A stretch of 64,000 nucleotides of DNA from Promethearchaeota archaeon (GCA_048939995.1 JBHLOY010000007.1:114566-178565); one strand, 5' to 3'; numbered from the stretch's first letter, positions 18,870-29,240 are shown. The notes: generated by a model not told the origin, from the sequence alone. Program-made: numbers and translations.

Positions 18870-20063
18870 TTAGTTTAGTTTAAATTCTGAGCGCTTATTT
18901 AAATCATCCAAAATGGTTTGATATTCAAAACTTCTGGATTCAAAATGTTCAATTATTTTTCGCTCATCTGTATCAAGATACTCAAAATATGGAGAGATTA
19001 TTTCTATCCGTTTAGTGAATTCTTCAATAATTTTGTTATACCAGTCATTTGGTTTTGATAATAAGGCTTGAATTTTTTTCTTGAATTTTTTTTTAAGCTT
19101 AGAATTATCATTTTTAATTTCAAGTAAAGAAGTCTCATATTCTTTAATCTGATTTTCTATTTTCTCTCTGAATTTTGGAATTCTATAGCTTTTCTTAAAA
19201 AATTCTGGATCCCATTCATATAAATATCTTTCATCTTCTTCAGCCTCCTCTTCATTGTTAGTGACTTTAATATCAGTTTTGGGTACTAAAATTAAACCAT
19301 AATTTCTTTGTAGTTGAGCTAAATACTTTTTACGTAATATCTCATCGATATAAGTTAATTCTTTTAATACTTTCTCTATCTTTTCACCTAAGTCAATAAT
19401 TATAGACTCTACTTTCTTAACCATCTCTTTTTCATTATATTCATAGTTCAACACTGTAAAATCATACGTGGAAAACATACCTTGATCTGGATTTAAAATT
19501 CTTAATGCGGCCACACCGGGAAAAAAGTCGGGTGATTTTAATTCACAGTGATCGAAAATTAAACCTACAGCAAAAGGATTTGGAATTTGATAGCCCAGTT
19601 GGGTTAAACAATCTATTGGACTAAAAAAAAATTTAAAGCCGGGATGGGAATGCCACCAACCGATTATAAAATCGTTTTTTTTGTCTTGTATAGATTTTTC
19701 AAATATTGATTCATCTATCTGCGCCATATCAACATATTGTTTATTCTCATATTTAACCCCTGCTCGATCACCAACTACCATCGGAATGGCATCCTTAATG
19801 ATAACTTGTTTATTATCTTCAATAGATCCGATTAAAATTCCATAAACTTCACGCCAATTTTTTGTTGATAAGTTATTATTAGCATACCTTATTGCATAAC
19901 CGACCATTCTTCGATATGCATTTAACTTTAATAATACAGGAGTTTTAGCCGGATTAATTCCGTATCTTTCTATTAATTTAGCAGTCGCGGACAATTCTGT
20001 CAGATTTTTAGAATTTATTAAGTCATTGTCTTCTTTATCGGGTTTTCCTTGTTTGAGGTTCAT
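18870..20063 (-). CDS. MPN/JAMM (Rpn11/CSN5-like) metalloprotease with long helical C-terminus
   Basis: EVYGIL...GWWHSHPG....SPID..TQ complete JAMM motif. Confidence 0.88.
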   Translation of the reverse strand: MNLKQGKPDKEDNDLINSKNLTELSATAKLIERYGINPAKTPVLLKLNAYRRMVGYAIRYANNNLSTKNWREVYGILIGSIEDNKQVIIKDAIPMVVGDRAGVKYENKQYVDMAQIDESIFEKSIQDKKNDFIIGWWHSHPGFKFFFSPIDCLTQLGYQIPNPFAVGLIFDHCELKSPDFFPGVAALRILNPDQGMFSTYDFTVLNYEYNEKEMVKKVESIIIDLGEKIEKVLKELTYIDEILRKKYLAQLQRNYGLILVPKTDIKVTNNEEEAEEDERYLYEWDPEFFKKSYRIPKFREKIENQIKEYETSLLEIKNDNSKLKKKFKKKIQALLSKPNDWYNKIIEEFTKRIEIISPYFEYLDTDERKIIEHFESRSFEYQTILDDLNKRSEFKLN

Positions 20064-20167
20064 TTTTTAACCATGAAATAATTTTTTAACAAATTAATTA
20101 TAGTTTAAAGATTTTTATTCTTTTATATAGTTTCAAATTTATTCTCCAGTCTAATTTGACTTAAGTA

Positions 20168-20710
20168 ATGAAAGTTATAGGATTTTGTGGCCTTCCAGGA
20201 TCAGGTAAATCAACAGCCTTAAAAGCAATTCAAGATTTGGGTATAATCATTAATATGGGTGATATTGTACGGGATGAGGCAGAAAGGAGAAATCTCCACC
20301 CAAATGATCAGAATCTTGGTGAAATAGCTAAAGAATTAAGAGAAAAGCATGGTAAAAATATAATTGCTAAAAAATGTGTACAATTAATAAAAAGTATGAA
20401 AGCTGAAGTAGTTTTTGTTGATGGTATTAGATCAGCATATGAAATTGATGTGTTTAGGAAGCATTGGAAGTTTCCAGTGATTGAAATTGCTACTAAAAAC
20501 GCAATAAGATATAAAAGAATTTTAGGGCGATCAAGAAGTGATGATCCAATAGCTCTATCTAACATAATTGAGAGAGATGATAGAGAGATTGAATTTGGCA
20601 TCAAAGAAGTATTATCACTAGCTGATTATAAAATTGTAAACAACTCTACAAAAGAGAAACTAAATAGAAAGACTAGAAAACTACTATTGAAAGTCCTAAA
20701 AAATTATTAA
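20168..20710 (+). CDS. dephospho-CoA kinase-like P-loop kinase (UPF0200-like)
   Basis: GLPGSGKS, MGDIVR, DGIRS, R.R.DD, RD.RE..FG. Confidence 0.85.
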   Translation: MKVIGFCGLPGSGKSTALKAIQDLGIIINMGDIVRDEAERRNLHPNDQNLGEIAKELREKHGKNIIAKKCVQLIKSMKAEVVFVDGIRSAYEIDVFRKHWKFPVIEIATKNAIRYKRILGRSRSDDPIALSNIIERDDREIEFGIKEVLSLADYKIVNNSTKEKLNRKTRKLLLKVLKNY

Positions 20711-21618
20711 CTGATTAAATGCTTAGATATTACTTTTGCTAACGAAACTTTTGCTAATTCATTGTCGATTGAATCAGTACCAATTATATCATCGGCCCCA
20801 GCTTTTAAAATCCTAAACTTCGCTTGTTGGAGCATTAAAGCATGAGTTGCTGCTGCATAAATTTTATGTGCTCCACTCTTTTTTAGTATTTTAATTGCTT
20901 CTGCCATCGTCCCCCCCGTAGAAATAATGTCATCAGCAATAACAACGTCTTTATTATTTAAATCAAATTGACCCGTCATTGTAATACTTCCTGTTTTAAG
21001 ATCTCTCTCTTTCTCAAAATATTCTACTGGGATATCATCGCCGAAATGCTTTGCAAAAGCTTTAGATCTTTCTATTGCCCCTTTATCAGGAGATATCACC
21101 ACAATATCCTTAGCTTTTAATGATTTTATGTAGTCAGCTAAGATTTCCATTGAATTAATATTTATCACTTTGCAAGAAAAGTTTCTCAAAATCTCGGGAT
21201 TATGTATATCTACAGTATAAAATTCATCAATATCAAATGAATTCAAAATTTTTACAAGTATCTCACCAAATGGACATTCTCCTATTCTAAATGCCTTATC
21301 TTGGCGAGCGTATGCTAGATAAGGGACTACAACGATAATCTTCTTAGGTTTCATTAACTTAATCGAGTTAATTATCATAAAAAGTTCAAATAATCTTTTA
21401 TTTTGATCAGCACTTGAGCTAGGTCCTGTGGAGTGAACTATTATGACTTCATTATCTTCAATTATCTTCTTATCTTCAATGTTTACTCGTAAATAATTTT
21501 CACCATCGGGAAAGTTTTTAAATTCTGTGTTTATTGCTGGAATTCCTAATTCATTCGCAATTTTTACTCCAAGAATTTGGCTTCCAGGGCCCACAATCAA
21601 TACTTTTTCCATATCCAT
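20707..21618 (-). CDS. prs: ribose-phosphate pyrophosphokinase
   Basis: FPDGE, PYLAYARQD, SPDKGA, DDIISTGGT. Confidence 0.95.
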   Translation of the reverse strand: MDMEKVLIVGPGSQILGVKIANELGIPAINTEFKNFPDGENYLRVNIEDKKIIEDNEVIIVHSTGPSSSADQNKRLFELFMIINSIKLMKPKKIIVVVPYLAYARQDKAFRIGECPFGEILVKILNSFDIDEFYTVDIHNPEILRNFSCKVININSMEILADYIKSLKAKDIVVISPDKGAIERSKAFAKHFGDDIPVEYFEKERDLKTGSITMTGQFDLNNKDVVIADDIISTGGTMAEAIKILKKSGAHKIYAAATHALMLQQAKFRILKAGADDIIGTDSIDNELAKVSLAKVISKHLIS

Positions 21619-21660
21619 CTCTCCTAAAAAATAAATTATTATTTTAAATAATCTCTCTTT

Positions 21661-22380
21661 TTATAAATTCTTTATAAACTTAAGACTGTATTGAAATAAT
21701 TCTTCTCTATGACCTTTAAAAGAATGACCTCCGTCATTAAATATGAGAACGTTATTATCATCCAAACCCAATTGATTCTTTATCTGATAAAGATTTTCAA
21801 ACGGAATCCTATTATCATCTTTACAGTGAGCAATTAGAATCCTATCATTATTATTATCTTTTTTTATTAAGAAATATTTTGGACTAATTTTTTTTATAAT
21901 ATCATCTGAAAATTTAACATTAGTCGTATCATAGTCATATCGCGTACAGAGTGTAATTAGCTTCTTTACACGTTCATCTATAAAACCATAAGTCAAAATT
22001 ATAGCTCCTCCTAAACTTCTGCCAAAAAGTATAATCTTCTCATCTAAAAGTCTTTTAGATTGATTTTTAATAAGCCAATCAATTACAACTCCTATATCCT
22101 TAAAAATATCTACAACTAATCTATACCACGATTTATGTCCTGTTTGTTTCTTAGTTTCTCCATGTGCTCTGTAATCATAAGATAGAACATAATAACCTGC
22201 TTCCGCAAATTTTTCACTATAATATCTTACAAAATAACTTTCCCGATGATCTAATAATCCTGCTAGGTTAATTACAAAAGGCGCTTGATGATCTTTTTCT
22301 CTATAATAGATAGAACCTTTTAAATTGATATTATCTGAGACTAAAGGTATATCTACATTTTCAACCATTAAATTTTTCAT
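21661..22380 (-). CDS. alpha/beta hydrolase
   Basis: DYRAHG, GRSLGG nucleophile, D..IP, GH. Confidence 0.88.
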   Translation of the reverse strand: MKNLMVENVDIPLVSDNINLKGSIYYREKDHQAPFVINLAGLLDHRESYFVRYYSEKFAEAGYYVLSYDYRAHGETKKQTGHKSWYRLVVDIFKDIGVVIDWLIKNQSKRLLDEKIILFGRSLGGAIILTYGFIDERVKKLITLCTRYDYDTTNVKFSDDIIKKISPKYFLIKKDNNNDRILIAHCKDDNRIPFENLYQIKNQLGLDDNNVLIFNDGGHSFKGHREELFQYSLKFIKNL

Positions 22381-22391
22381 GAAAATTGTAC

Positions 22392-22835
22392 CTACCTTGA
22401 ATCTCTATATTTTAAAATTAATTCTTTTAGAATATTTATGATTAAATCAGCATGTTTTTTATGATCCTCTGATAAACCATGTAATGCTTTATCTATGTCG
22501 TCAACAGTTAGACTATTTGAATATTCTAATGTTTTGCCTTCTATTAATAATGTAATTTGACTAGCAACAGCTACAGTGACTCCGCAACCATCAGTAATAA
22601 AATTAGCCTTTATAATTTTTTCACCCTCTATCCATAGAAAGAATTCTACTAGATTTTTATGTTGGTCGAGACCCGAATGAGAAATTGTAACATTATTATT
22701 GAGAGGTCTACCCCAATTAGGAGGATCATGGCACAACTTGACGATATATTCATTAAAATCTTCTATCTCTTTTTGCATTATTTCTTTTTGAAGTTTATCA
22801 ACAAAATCGTCAAAATCCTTGTTATTATCAGTCAT
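22392..22835 (-). CDS. IscU/NifU-N-like protein (degenerate Cys set)
   Basis: P.NWG, F.TDGCG...A.AS....L..GKTL. Confidence 0.8.
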   Translation of the reverse strand: MTDNNKDFDDFVDKLQKEIMQKEIEDFNEYIVKLCHDPPNWGRPLNNNVTISHSGLDQHKNLVEFFLWIEGEKIIKANFITDGCGVTVAVASQITLLIEGKTLEYSNSLTVDDIDKALHGLSEDHKKHADLIINILKELILKYRDSR

Positions 22836-22836
22836 T

Positions 22837-23121
22837 TTATTCTTTATTAATAGTATGTTTTAATACATGGTTTGTTAAATTTTTCAATCTTTCAGTTTCA
22901 TCCGGTAATTTATAGTATTTGTCTAAAACATCGAGAATATTCTCACTTAACTTATTATGTTCTTCAATACAGCTACTTTTTTCCAAAAAGTCTTGACCAT
23001 ATCGTTGAGCTGCAACGTTTTCAGTTACTTTGATTAATTCAGTCGCAATTATACTATTTATATAAATAAGATCTGATAGCATATTCTTTATATATAGAAG
23101 TAATTTAATCTGATCAGACAT
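22837..23121 (-). CDS. hypothetical protein
   Basis: Coupled to the downstream gene with a 1-nt gap. Confidence 0.7.
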   Translation of the reverse strand: MSDQIKLLLYIKNMLSDLIYINSIIATELIKVTENVAAQRYGQDFLEKSSCIEEHNKLSENILDVLDKYYKLPDETERLKNLTNHVLKHTINKE

Positions 23122-23196
23122 AATAACTAAAATAAATTGCTTATTTAATCTTTTTTTATAACAAGCAATACAAAAAAGTTCTTTTTATAGAAAGTT

Positions 23197-23670
23197 ATGG
23201 ATTACAAAAATTTTCATGATGGGCTTTTGTCATTATCACTTGTTTTATTCCTTTTCTCATTTACATTTTTGATTGTTTCGGTTATTTTGAAACCTTATAT
23301 TGCCTTAGAACCTTCTGAAAGGGATTTTATTATTATTATAACAAGTGTTAATATGATTTTCAGTTTATATTATATAGTAGAAGCTTTACGATTGAATAAA
23401 ATATTTAAATTAGATATTAAATATATAATTAAATTTGCGAAACGAATTGGTATAATTTCATTACTCTATATTCCAAATCTATTTCTACTTGTCTTGTTAT
23501 TGTTTAGCGATTTGCATAATTTACAGATATTGATGACAACTCTTACAATATTTATAGGAACCTTATTATTAGGTGTTATATTCAAAGAAGTTTATGATCT
23601 CATCTTTAAGGATGAGACAGAAAGGAAATTTGAGTTAGAAAAAAACCGAAAATTATATTTTCACATATAA
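23197..23670 (+). CDS. 4-TM membrane protein
   Basis: Hydrophobic helices. Confidence 0.7.
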   Translation: MDYKNFHDGLLSLSLVLFLFSFTFLIVSVILKPYIALEPSERDFIIIITSVNMIFSLYYIVEALRLNKIFKLDIKYIIKFAKRIGIISLLYIPNLFLLVLLLFSDLHNLQILMTTLTIFIGTLLLGVIFKEVYDLIFKDETERKFELEKNRKLYFHI

Positions 23671-23673
23671 AAG

Positions 23674-24927
23674 TTATTGTTTTGTTAATTTTTCAATTGC
23701 AGTATCAATCATCTTAAGTTTAATAGAATACTTCTCCATTATTTCAGCAAACTTCTCTACATCAATTTCATTATTTTCTCTTAAAGATTTCAATTCATTT
23801 ATAGTCCTGAGTATTCCTGCCTTTTTATCATTTAATTTCTCTCTTTTGCTATAAGGAATTTTTTGTTCCAACTTCTTCTTTTGGAAAGATTTAAATCTCT
23901 TTATATTTAAATCCTTAGGTACAAATTTAGTTAAATATATAACATTTTTAGGAACAAATGGTGCTAAATTTTCAGGAATAATCACAATAGGTTCAGGATC
24001 TTGAATTTTTTTGATCTCATCATAATGTAATGTTTCCACTTCATTACTTTTGATCTGATCCTCTACAATCGATAAATTCAATTTTATGGCTTCTTGGTCA
24101 TCATCAGATAAATGGGTTAAATTTTTAATCATATCTTCCCAAATCTCTTTGGCTTTGAGATAGTAAAAATTAGCTTTTTGCTGTAATTTATTGACTTTTT
24201 CTTTATTAATAGATGTTATCGATGATTCTAATGATGCAAGCGCCTTTAAATGGCATGCTCGCCCCATATCAAAATGAAATTGCGCTCTCAATTGATACTT
24301 CTTTTTTTCGTCATGCTTCTTTAAATAAAAAACTCTTTTAGATAATGCGCTTAACCCTGCATAAAGTTTTGAAGCAAAATATATGTTATTTTTATTTTCT
24401 TCCCGCAAAGCAGCTATACTTTGTGCTAATATGCGAGTTTCTTCTGAATTTAACTCAAGGTTTTCTGAATTTAGAGATGTGCCCTGTTCTGATTGTTGAG
24501 TTACTGCTGTACTAAAATAAGCTGCTGTTTTATAATACTTACTACTTTCAGCCATTGCAACAATAGCATTTTCCCAATCTTGTTCTTCTTCAAACTTTTC
24601 TGATAATTGAGAATAAGCTCTTGATAAGACCCATAATACACGGGCACACTCAAACATTATATCTCTTATTTCAATTTCACGATTATTTTCAAGAGGATCT
24701 AAAAAGGAGGAAGTTATATCTAACTTTTTTAATATTTCATACTGATTTTGGTTCTGATAATTAATGTTTAATATTTTAGTATATTCCAAGATAAGGTTTA
24801 AATCATCTAAACTAAAATGTTCTTCCTCTTTTTCTAAAGCGTCTTCTAACTTTTTGATTTTAAAATGCAAATAACGAATTCTTTGCATTAAGTCATCTGT
24901 AAAAACAACAGACATTTTCTTTTTCAA
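23674..24927 (-). CDS. all-helical (TPR-like) hypothetical protein
   Basis: Repeated A..Y..A helical pattern and a coiled-coil C-terminus. Confidence 0.65.
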   Translation of the reverse strand: MKKKMSVVFTDDLMQRIRYLHFKIKKLEDALEKEEEHFSLDDLNLILEYTKILNINYQNQNQYEILKKLDITSSFLDPLENNREIEIRDIMFECARVLWVLSRAYSQLSEKFEEEQDWENAIVAMAESSKYYKTAAYFSTAVTQQSEQGTSLNSENLELNSEETRILAQSIAALREENKNNIYFASKLYAGLSALSKRVFYLKKHDEKKKYQLRAQFHFDMGRACHLKALASLESSITSINKEKVNKLQQKANFYYLKAKEIWEDMIKNLTHLSDDDQEAIKLNLSIVEDQIKSNEVETLHYDEIKKIQDPEPIVIIPENLAPFVPKNVIYLTKFVPKDLNIKRFKSFQKKKLEQKIPYSKREKLNDKKAGILRTINELKSLRENNEIDVEKFAEIMEKYSIKLKMIDTAIEKLTKQ

Positions 24928-25049
24928 TAGGTTTTTGTTAAATTTAAGTTAATTAAAATATTAAATCATCATTTTAAAACTAATCTATAAAAATGTTTTA
25001 ATTTCAATTAGATCTATAAAATTCTGAATACAAAATATCTAAAATTATC

Positions 25050-26345
25050 ATGACGAAAGACCGAATTTTTATCTTAGAATTTGTTACTGGTGGAGGATTT
25101 AATCAAGTTGAGATTCCAGATTCGCTTTTTGCTGAAGGTTATGGCATGTTAAGGTCTGTTATAGAAGATTTTAAAGATCTGGGTTTTGAAATCGAGACAA
25201 TTATTGATTTTCGCTTAACCTTATTGTCAAAATATCTAAAAGCAGACTTTATAAACGTTATTCAAAAATCTGATAACTTTTTTAAGAAGTTTAAAGATTG
25301 TGTTAAAAAAAATAAATTTTGTTTTATCATTGCTCCTGAGTTTTCAAATATCCTTTATAAGTTAACAAAAATAGCATTTGACAATAATAAAACAGTGTTA
25401 AGTGTTAATTTAAGCGGAATTAAATTAGGAAGCTCCAAATTAAAAACTTATTACTTCTTTCAAGAGAATAAGATTAACACTCCTACAACATTTTTAATTC
25501 CCTATAAACAAGATAATTTTGATATTAATTTCATAATTAAAAAATTTAGACAATTTAACACCCCAATTATAATAAAACCCGAAGATGGAGTTGGAGCAGA
25601 AGATATTTATTATTTCAATGCTGAAAAAAAAATATTAGAACTTTTCAGTAAAAAATCCCATCTAATAGATCAATCACGAACTTATATATTACAAAAATAT
25701 GTCCAAGGAAAAGATTTAAGTGTTTCCTTAATTGGCCACAAAAATCCTCCAATGATAATTAGTATTAATACTCAAGATGTCGATATAAAAAATCTTGGTA
25801 AAGAATCACATTATTTTGGGGGATATACCCCTGTTGAGAATTGGGTCGATCTAAAGATTAATTTAGAGAAATATATTGAAAAATTTAAGCAATTTGATGG
25901 GTATTTCGGTTTAGATTTTATCCAACAAGAAAATGGAAGACTAAATTTTATAGAAATTAATCCAAGATTAACTACCTCATATATAGGTATAAGAAATATA
26001 ATTAAAGAAAACCTTATGTCGGTTCTTTTGAATATTAGAGAGAATAAATTTGATTTAGATGAAATTCCACTTCAATATTTTTCAAAATTTGGGCATTTAA
26101 CTCTAAAATACAAAGGAAAAGTACCTTATGAGGAAATAAATAAGAAGATAATCCCTCAAATATTAAAAGATGTTCCAGAAATAGTTACACCCCCAATAAA
26201 GCTTAAAATTATTCAACAAGATTGTTATTCTTGTTTTATTGCTACTAAAACAAAAGATCCTCTCGCTTCTAACATAAGGATTAAGAGGATTTTACAAATA
26301 CTAAAAGAAAAAGACTTTATTGTTAAATCGTCAAAGCTAATATAA
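25050..26345 (+). CDS. ATP-grasp ligase (MfnD, tyramine-L-glutamate ligase-like)
   Basis: EFVTGGG...AEG..ML, IIAPE, IIKPEDGVG, GYFGLD, IEINPRLTTS. Confidence 0.8.
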   Translation: MTKDRIFILEFVTGGGFNQVEIPDSLFAEGYGMLRSVIEDFKDLGFEIETIIDFRLTLLSKYLKADFINVIQKSDNFFKKFKDCVKKNKFCFIIAPEFSNILYKLTKIAFDNNKTVLSVNLSGIKLGSSKLKTYYFFQENKINTPTTFLIPYKQDNFDINFIIKKFRQFNTPIIIKPEDGVGAEDIYYFNAEKKILELFSKKSHLIDQSRTYILQKYVQGKDLSVSLIGHKNPPMIISINTQDVDIKNLGKESHYFGGYTPVENWVDLKINLEKYIEKFKQFDGYFGLDFIQQENGRLNFIEINPRLTTSYIGIRNIIKENLMSVLLNIRENKFDLDEIPLQYFSKFGHLTLKYKGKVPYEEINKKIIPQILKDVPEIVTPPIKLKIIQQDCYSCFIATKTKDPLASNIRIKRILQILKEKDFIVKSSKLI

Positions 26346-27219
26346 ATGAGAAAGCTCCATAATGAATTAATAATGAAATAATAAGAGCACTTTCAATCTT
26401 AAGATGCTTATTTATGATTAAATTATATGTCAAAAGCCATAATGACCAAACTTGAAATATTATCATTAGTATATTATCTATAATGCTTACTGCTGAAATT
26501 ATTAGAACATCTAAAACCTTGAAAAGATAATGAATTGATAAGTATATTATATTGGGATAAAAATTAAGACTAAAAGTTAATAAAAATTTAATAGTATTCT
26601 CCTTTCTCTTATAAATAAGGCGACAGATAATCTCATTGATAAAATAATAAAATAAAAAGTTTAAAATAAAAACAGTCCCAAAAAGAACCTGCAAAGCTAA
26701 ATTACTAGCTTGAACTAATTGGCTTATATCAAAAAAGAATAAAAATATAGGAAAGAAATTATTCAAATTACTAAATGTAATACCCAGACTCAAAATACAA
26801 ACAGAGAGGATAACAGAATAGATTCTATATCCGCCCTCATAATTTATAAACCTTTTTGGTGTTAAAAACATTAGACTCTTTAGAATCGGAGAGTTAAATT
26901 CTCTTGATGAAAAATCTGGGGCAATTATGTTTTCAATATTATTCTTTAAAGACTCGTAAGCATGTTCTCCTAATTCGGTTAAATAATATTTTTTATCGTT
27001 ACCTTGCTCAATAAGTTGAGATAAAGCCTCTAAATGATGGTAAATCGTACCAGTACTTACTTTCAGTTCCTTTTTAAGCTGAGTAAAGGAAGAAAATTCA
27101 CTTTCCCCAATGATCTTAATAATTCTTCGTCTAAGATCATGTCCTAAAGCATAATAAAAATTGGATTCTAAATCTCCAGATTTATTTTTATCAATATCTT
27201 CTTCTTTTTTTCCTAAAAT
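26323..27219 (-). CDS. ArsR-like winged-helix regulator fused to multi-TM domain (N-terminal extension of the 26323..26871 ORF; start uncertain)
   Basis: Frame stays open upstream of 26871 to 27267 and encodes FYYALGHDLRRRIIKII...SFTQLKKELKVSTGTIYHHLEAL..LIEQ..DKKYYLTELG. No ATG/GTG/TTG occurs in the extension. Confidence 0.75.
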   Translation of the reverse strand: MLGKKEEDIDKNKSGDLESNFYYALGHDLRRRIIKIIGESEFSSFTQLKKELKVSTGTIYHHLEALSQLIEQGNDKKYYLTELGEHAYESLKNNIENIIAPDFSSREFNSPILKSLMFLTPKRFINYEGGYRIYSVILSVCILSLGITFSNLNNFFPIFLFFFDISQLVQASNLALQVLFGTVFILNFLFYYFINEIICRLIYKRKENTIKFLLTFSLNFYPNIIYLSIHYLFKVLDVLIISAVSIIDNILMIIFQVWSLWLLTYNLIINKHLKIESALIISLLIHYGAFSFILALTI

Positions 27220-27221
27220 TT

Positions 27222-27644
27222 CTAACTCCCTTCTATAGATTTTTCTCGAGTTAACAGAACATTTAAGTTATGGAAAAAGATTAAAATAGCTCCAATAATC
27301 GATATATAAAACCCAATACCAGCATTAAGAATATAAATAATCTCCTGTGGTATTAATTCAAAAATAAAAACAAGAAAAAATGCAAATCCAATGAAATTGA
27401 TTATGATCGAATTGATTCTATAGTCTCTTTTAATATAAATTAGTAATGTTCCTACTAAGCAGATAGATCCACTAACAAGAGGGAATAAATATAAAAAAGC
27501 ATTTCCTAACTCAACACTAGTGGTTATAATAAAAATCTCTATTAAAGAATAACCAGAGAACCATGATAAGAACTGGGAAATAATTAGGAGTATTGATCCT
27601 ATTAATCCTAGTAAACGATAATCAATATTAAAATTAAATTTCAT
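27222..27644 (-). CDS. 4-TM membrane protein
   Basis: Hydrophobic helices, FLSW motif. Confidence 0.7.
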   Translation of the reverse strand: MKFNFNIDYRLLGLIGSILLIISQFLSWFSGYSLIEIFIITTSVELGNAFLYLFPLVSGSICLVGTLLIYIKRDYRINSIIINFIGFAFFLVFIFELIPQEIIYILNAGIGFYISIIGAILIFFHNLNVLLTREKSIEGS

Positions 27645-27911
27645 ATTTAATCCTCAAATTATGATTTTTCCATCTGAACATTCAATTAGTATAAAATCAT
27701 ATATTTAATATTTATTCTCAATTTTAACTTCACTTATAGTCGAATTGCTAGGATTGTTGATATTATTATTGGTTTTTTAAGCTGATAAGTTATCAGCACT
27801 CTCTTAATTTAATCTCAAAGATATAAACATTCAAATAATATAAAATTAAATATTAATATTAAATCATCTTTTCAATTTCAAGAACAAATTTATAGATTTA
27901 TTTGAATAATT

Positions 27912-29240
27912 ATGTCATCTGAAGAAGAATGGTTGGATATGGATTCAATTCCTCTTTTTGATTACCTAAAAAAGGAAGTACCTGTTGATGATCTAAAAGA
28001 TGTTGCTTCCCCTAGAAGAATAAAAAGTATAGATTTTGTTAAAGGCTTAGCAATTATATTCGTAATACTTGCACATACTGCGTCATCTTGGCTGGATTAT
28101 CAGTGGATCTATCTTTATGGGATAATGTATGCTTTACTTGACATTCTTGGACCTTCTTTATTTGTTTTCCTTTCAGCTCTTAGTGTAATTTTTAGTGTAA
28201 GAAGAAAAGAAGGAGTTTTACCAAATAAAGTCATTAGAAATGGGATCATAATGCGGGGAGTCGTTATTATGGTAATAGGAATATTATTTAATATCCCATC
28301 AGTTTTCATTTTGGGAGGAGGTATACTCAATATCTGGAATTGGAATATCTTAGTATTTATTGGCTTTTCTCAAATCGTCTCACTTTACGCATTTAAGTTA
28401 GGCAAGACAACGAGAGCGATAATTGGTACATTTATTATCTTTACTTCAGATGCAATCAGACAATTTCTTTTCGATGGAGAACAAGCTGGAAATATATTTA
28501 TAACTATAATTCGTTATATTGTTGTCTCTCCAAATCCTATGACGCCATTAATTCCATTCTTATCTATTTGTTTTTTATCAACAATTTTTGGTGAGTATCT
28601 TTATGATGCAATGATAGATGGAACCAAACAAGCATATACAGTTCTTTTTAGAATATTTCTCTTTTGGGGGATTACACTCATCCTTATTGGTATTGTTTAT
28701 CCATTTATTATAGGAACTCCGCTTCAAACACCCTCTACTTTATCAAATATTGATTATCCTCATTTAGATTTGCTAGCAACCGCAAATTCTCAAACTTTTA
28801 CAGATTTTAGATTCTCAGGAATGCCTGATTTTCTAATTAGAGGTAGATCATCAAATATGTGTTATAATTTAGGTTGGGCGTTATTTTTAATAGCAATTTG
28901 CTTCTACTTAATCGATATCAAAGGAAAAAGTAATAGTTTTACTGGTATGTTAATCTATTATGGCAAGGTTTCTCTAAGTTTGTTTCTTGTACATTATACA
29001 TTTATAAGTTTATTTTATAGATCCCTTAATCTTCTACTCTTTATTTTCATATGGTTAGCATTCACAGGATTAATGGGGTTCTTAATGTATATGTGGATTG
29101 AGTTTGCTAAGGGAGTGGGAAGTCCAGAATATCTTATCGTTCAGATTGGCAGAATCGGACAAAAAACAACATATGAAATTAAAAAAGAAACTCATCTTAT
29201 CGCAGAGAAAATTAAGAAGGAGCATTCTAAAGAATCTTAA
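27912..29240 (+). CDS. membrane acyltransferase (HGSNAT/DUF1624-like)
   Basis: RIKSIDFVKGLAIIFVILAH, GKVSL..FLVH, multi-TM. Confidence 0.8.
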   Translation: MSSEEEWLDMDSIPLFDYLKKEVPVDDLKDVASPRRIKSIDFVKGLAIIFVILAHTASSWLDYQWIYLYGIMYALLDILGPSLFVFLSALSVIFSVRRKEGVLPNKVIRNGIIMRGVVIMVIGILFNIPSVFILGGGILNIWNWNILVFIGFSQIVSLYAFKLGKTTRAIIGTFIIFTSDAIRQFLFDGEQAGNIFITIIRYIVVSPNPMTPLIPFLSICFLSTIFGEYLYDAMIDGTKQAYTVLFRIFLFWGITLILIGIVYPFIIGTPLQTPSTLSNIDYPHLDLLATANSQTFTDFRFSGMPDFLIRGRSSNMCYNLGWALFLIAICFYLIDIKGKSNSFTGMLIYYGKVSLSLFLVHYTFISLFYRSLNLLLFIFIWLAFTGLMGFLMYMWIEFAKGVGSPEYLIVQIGRIGQKTTYEIKKETHLIAEKIKKEHSKES

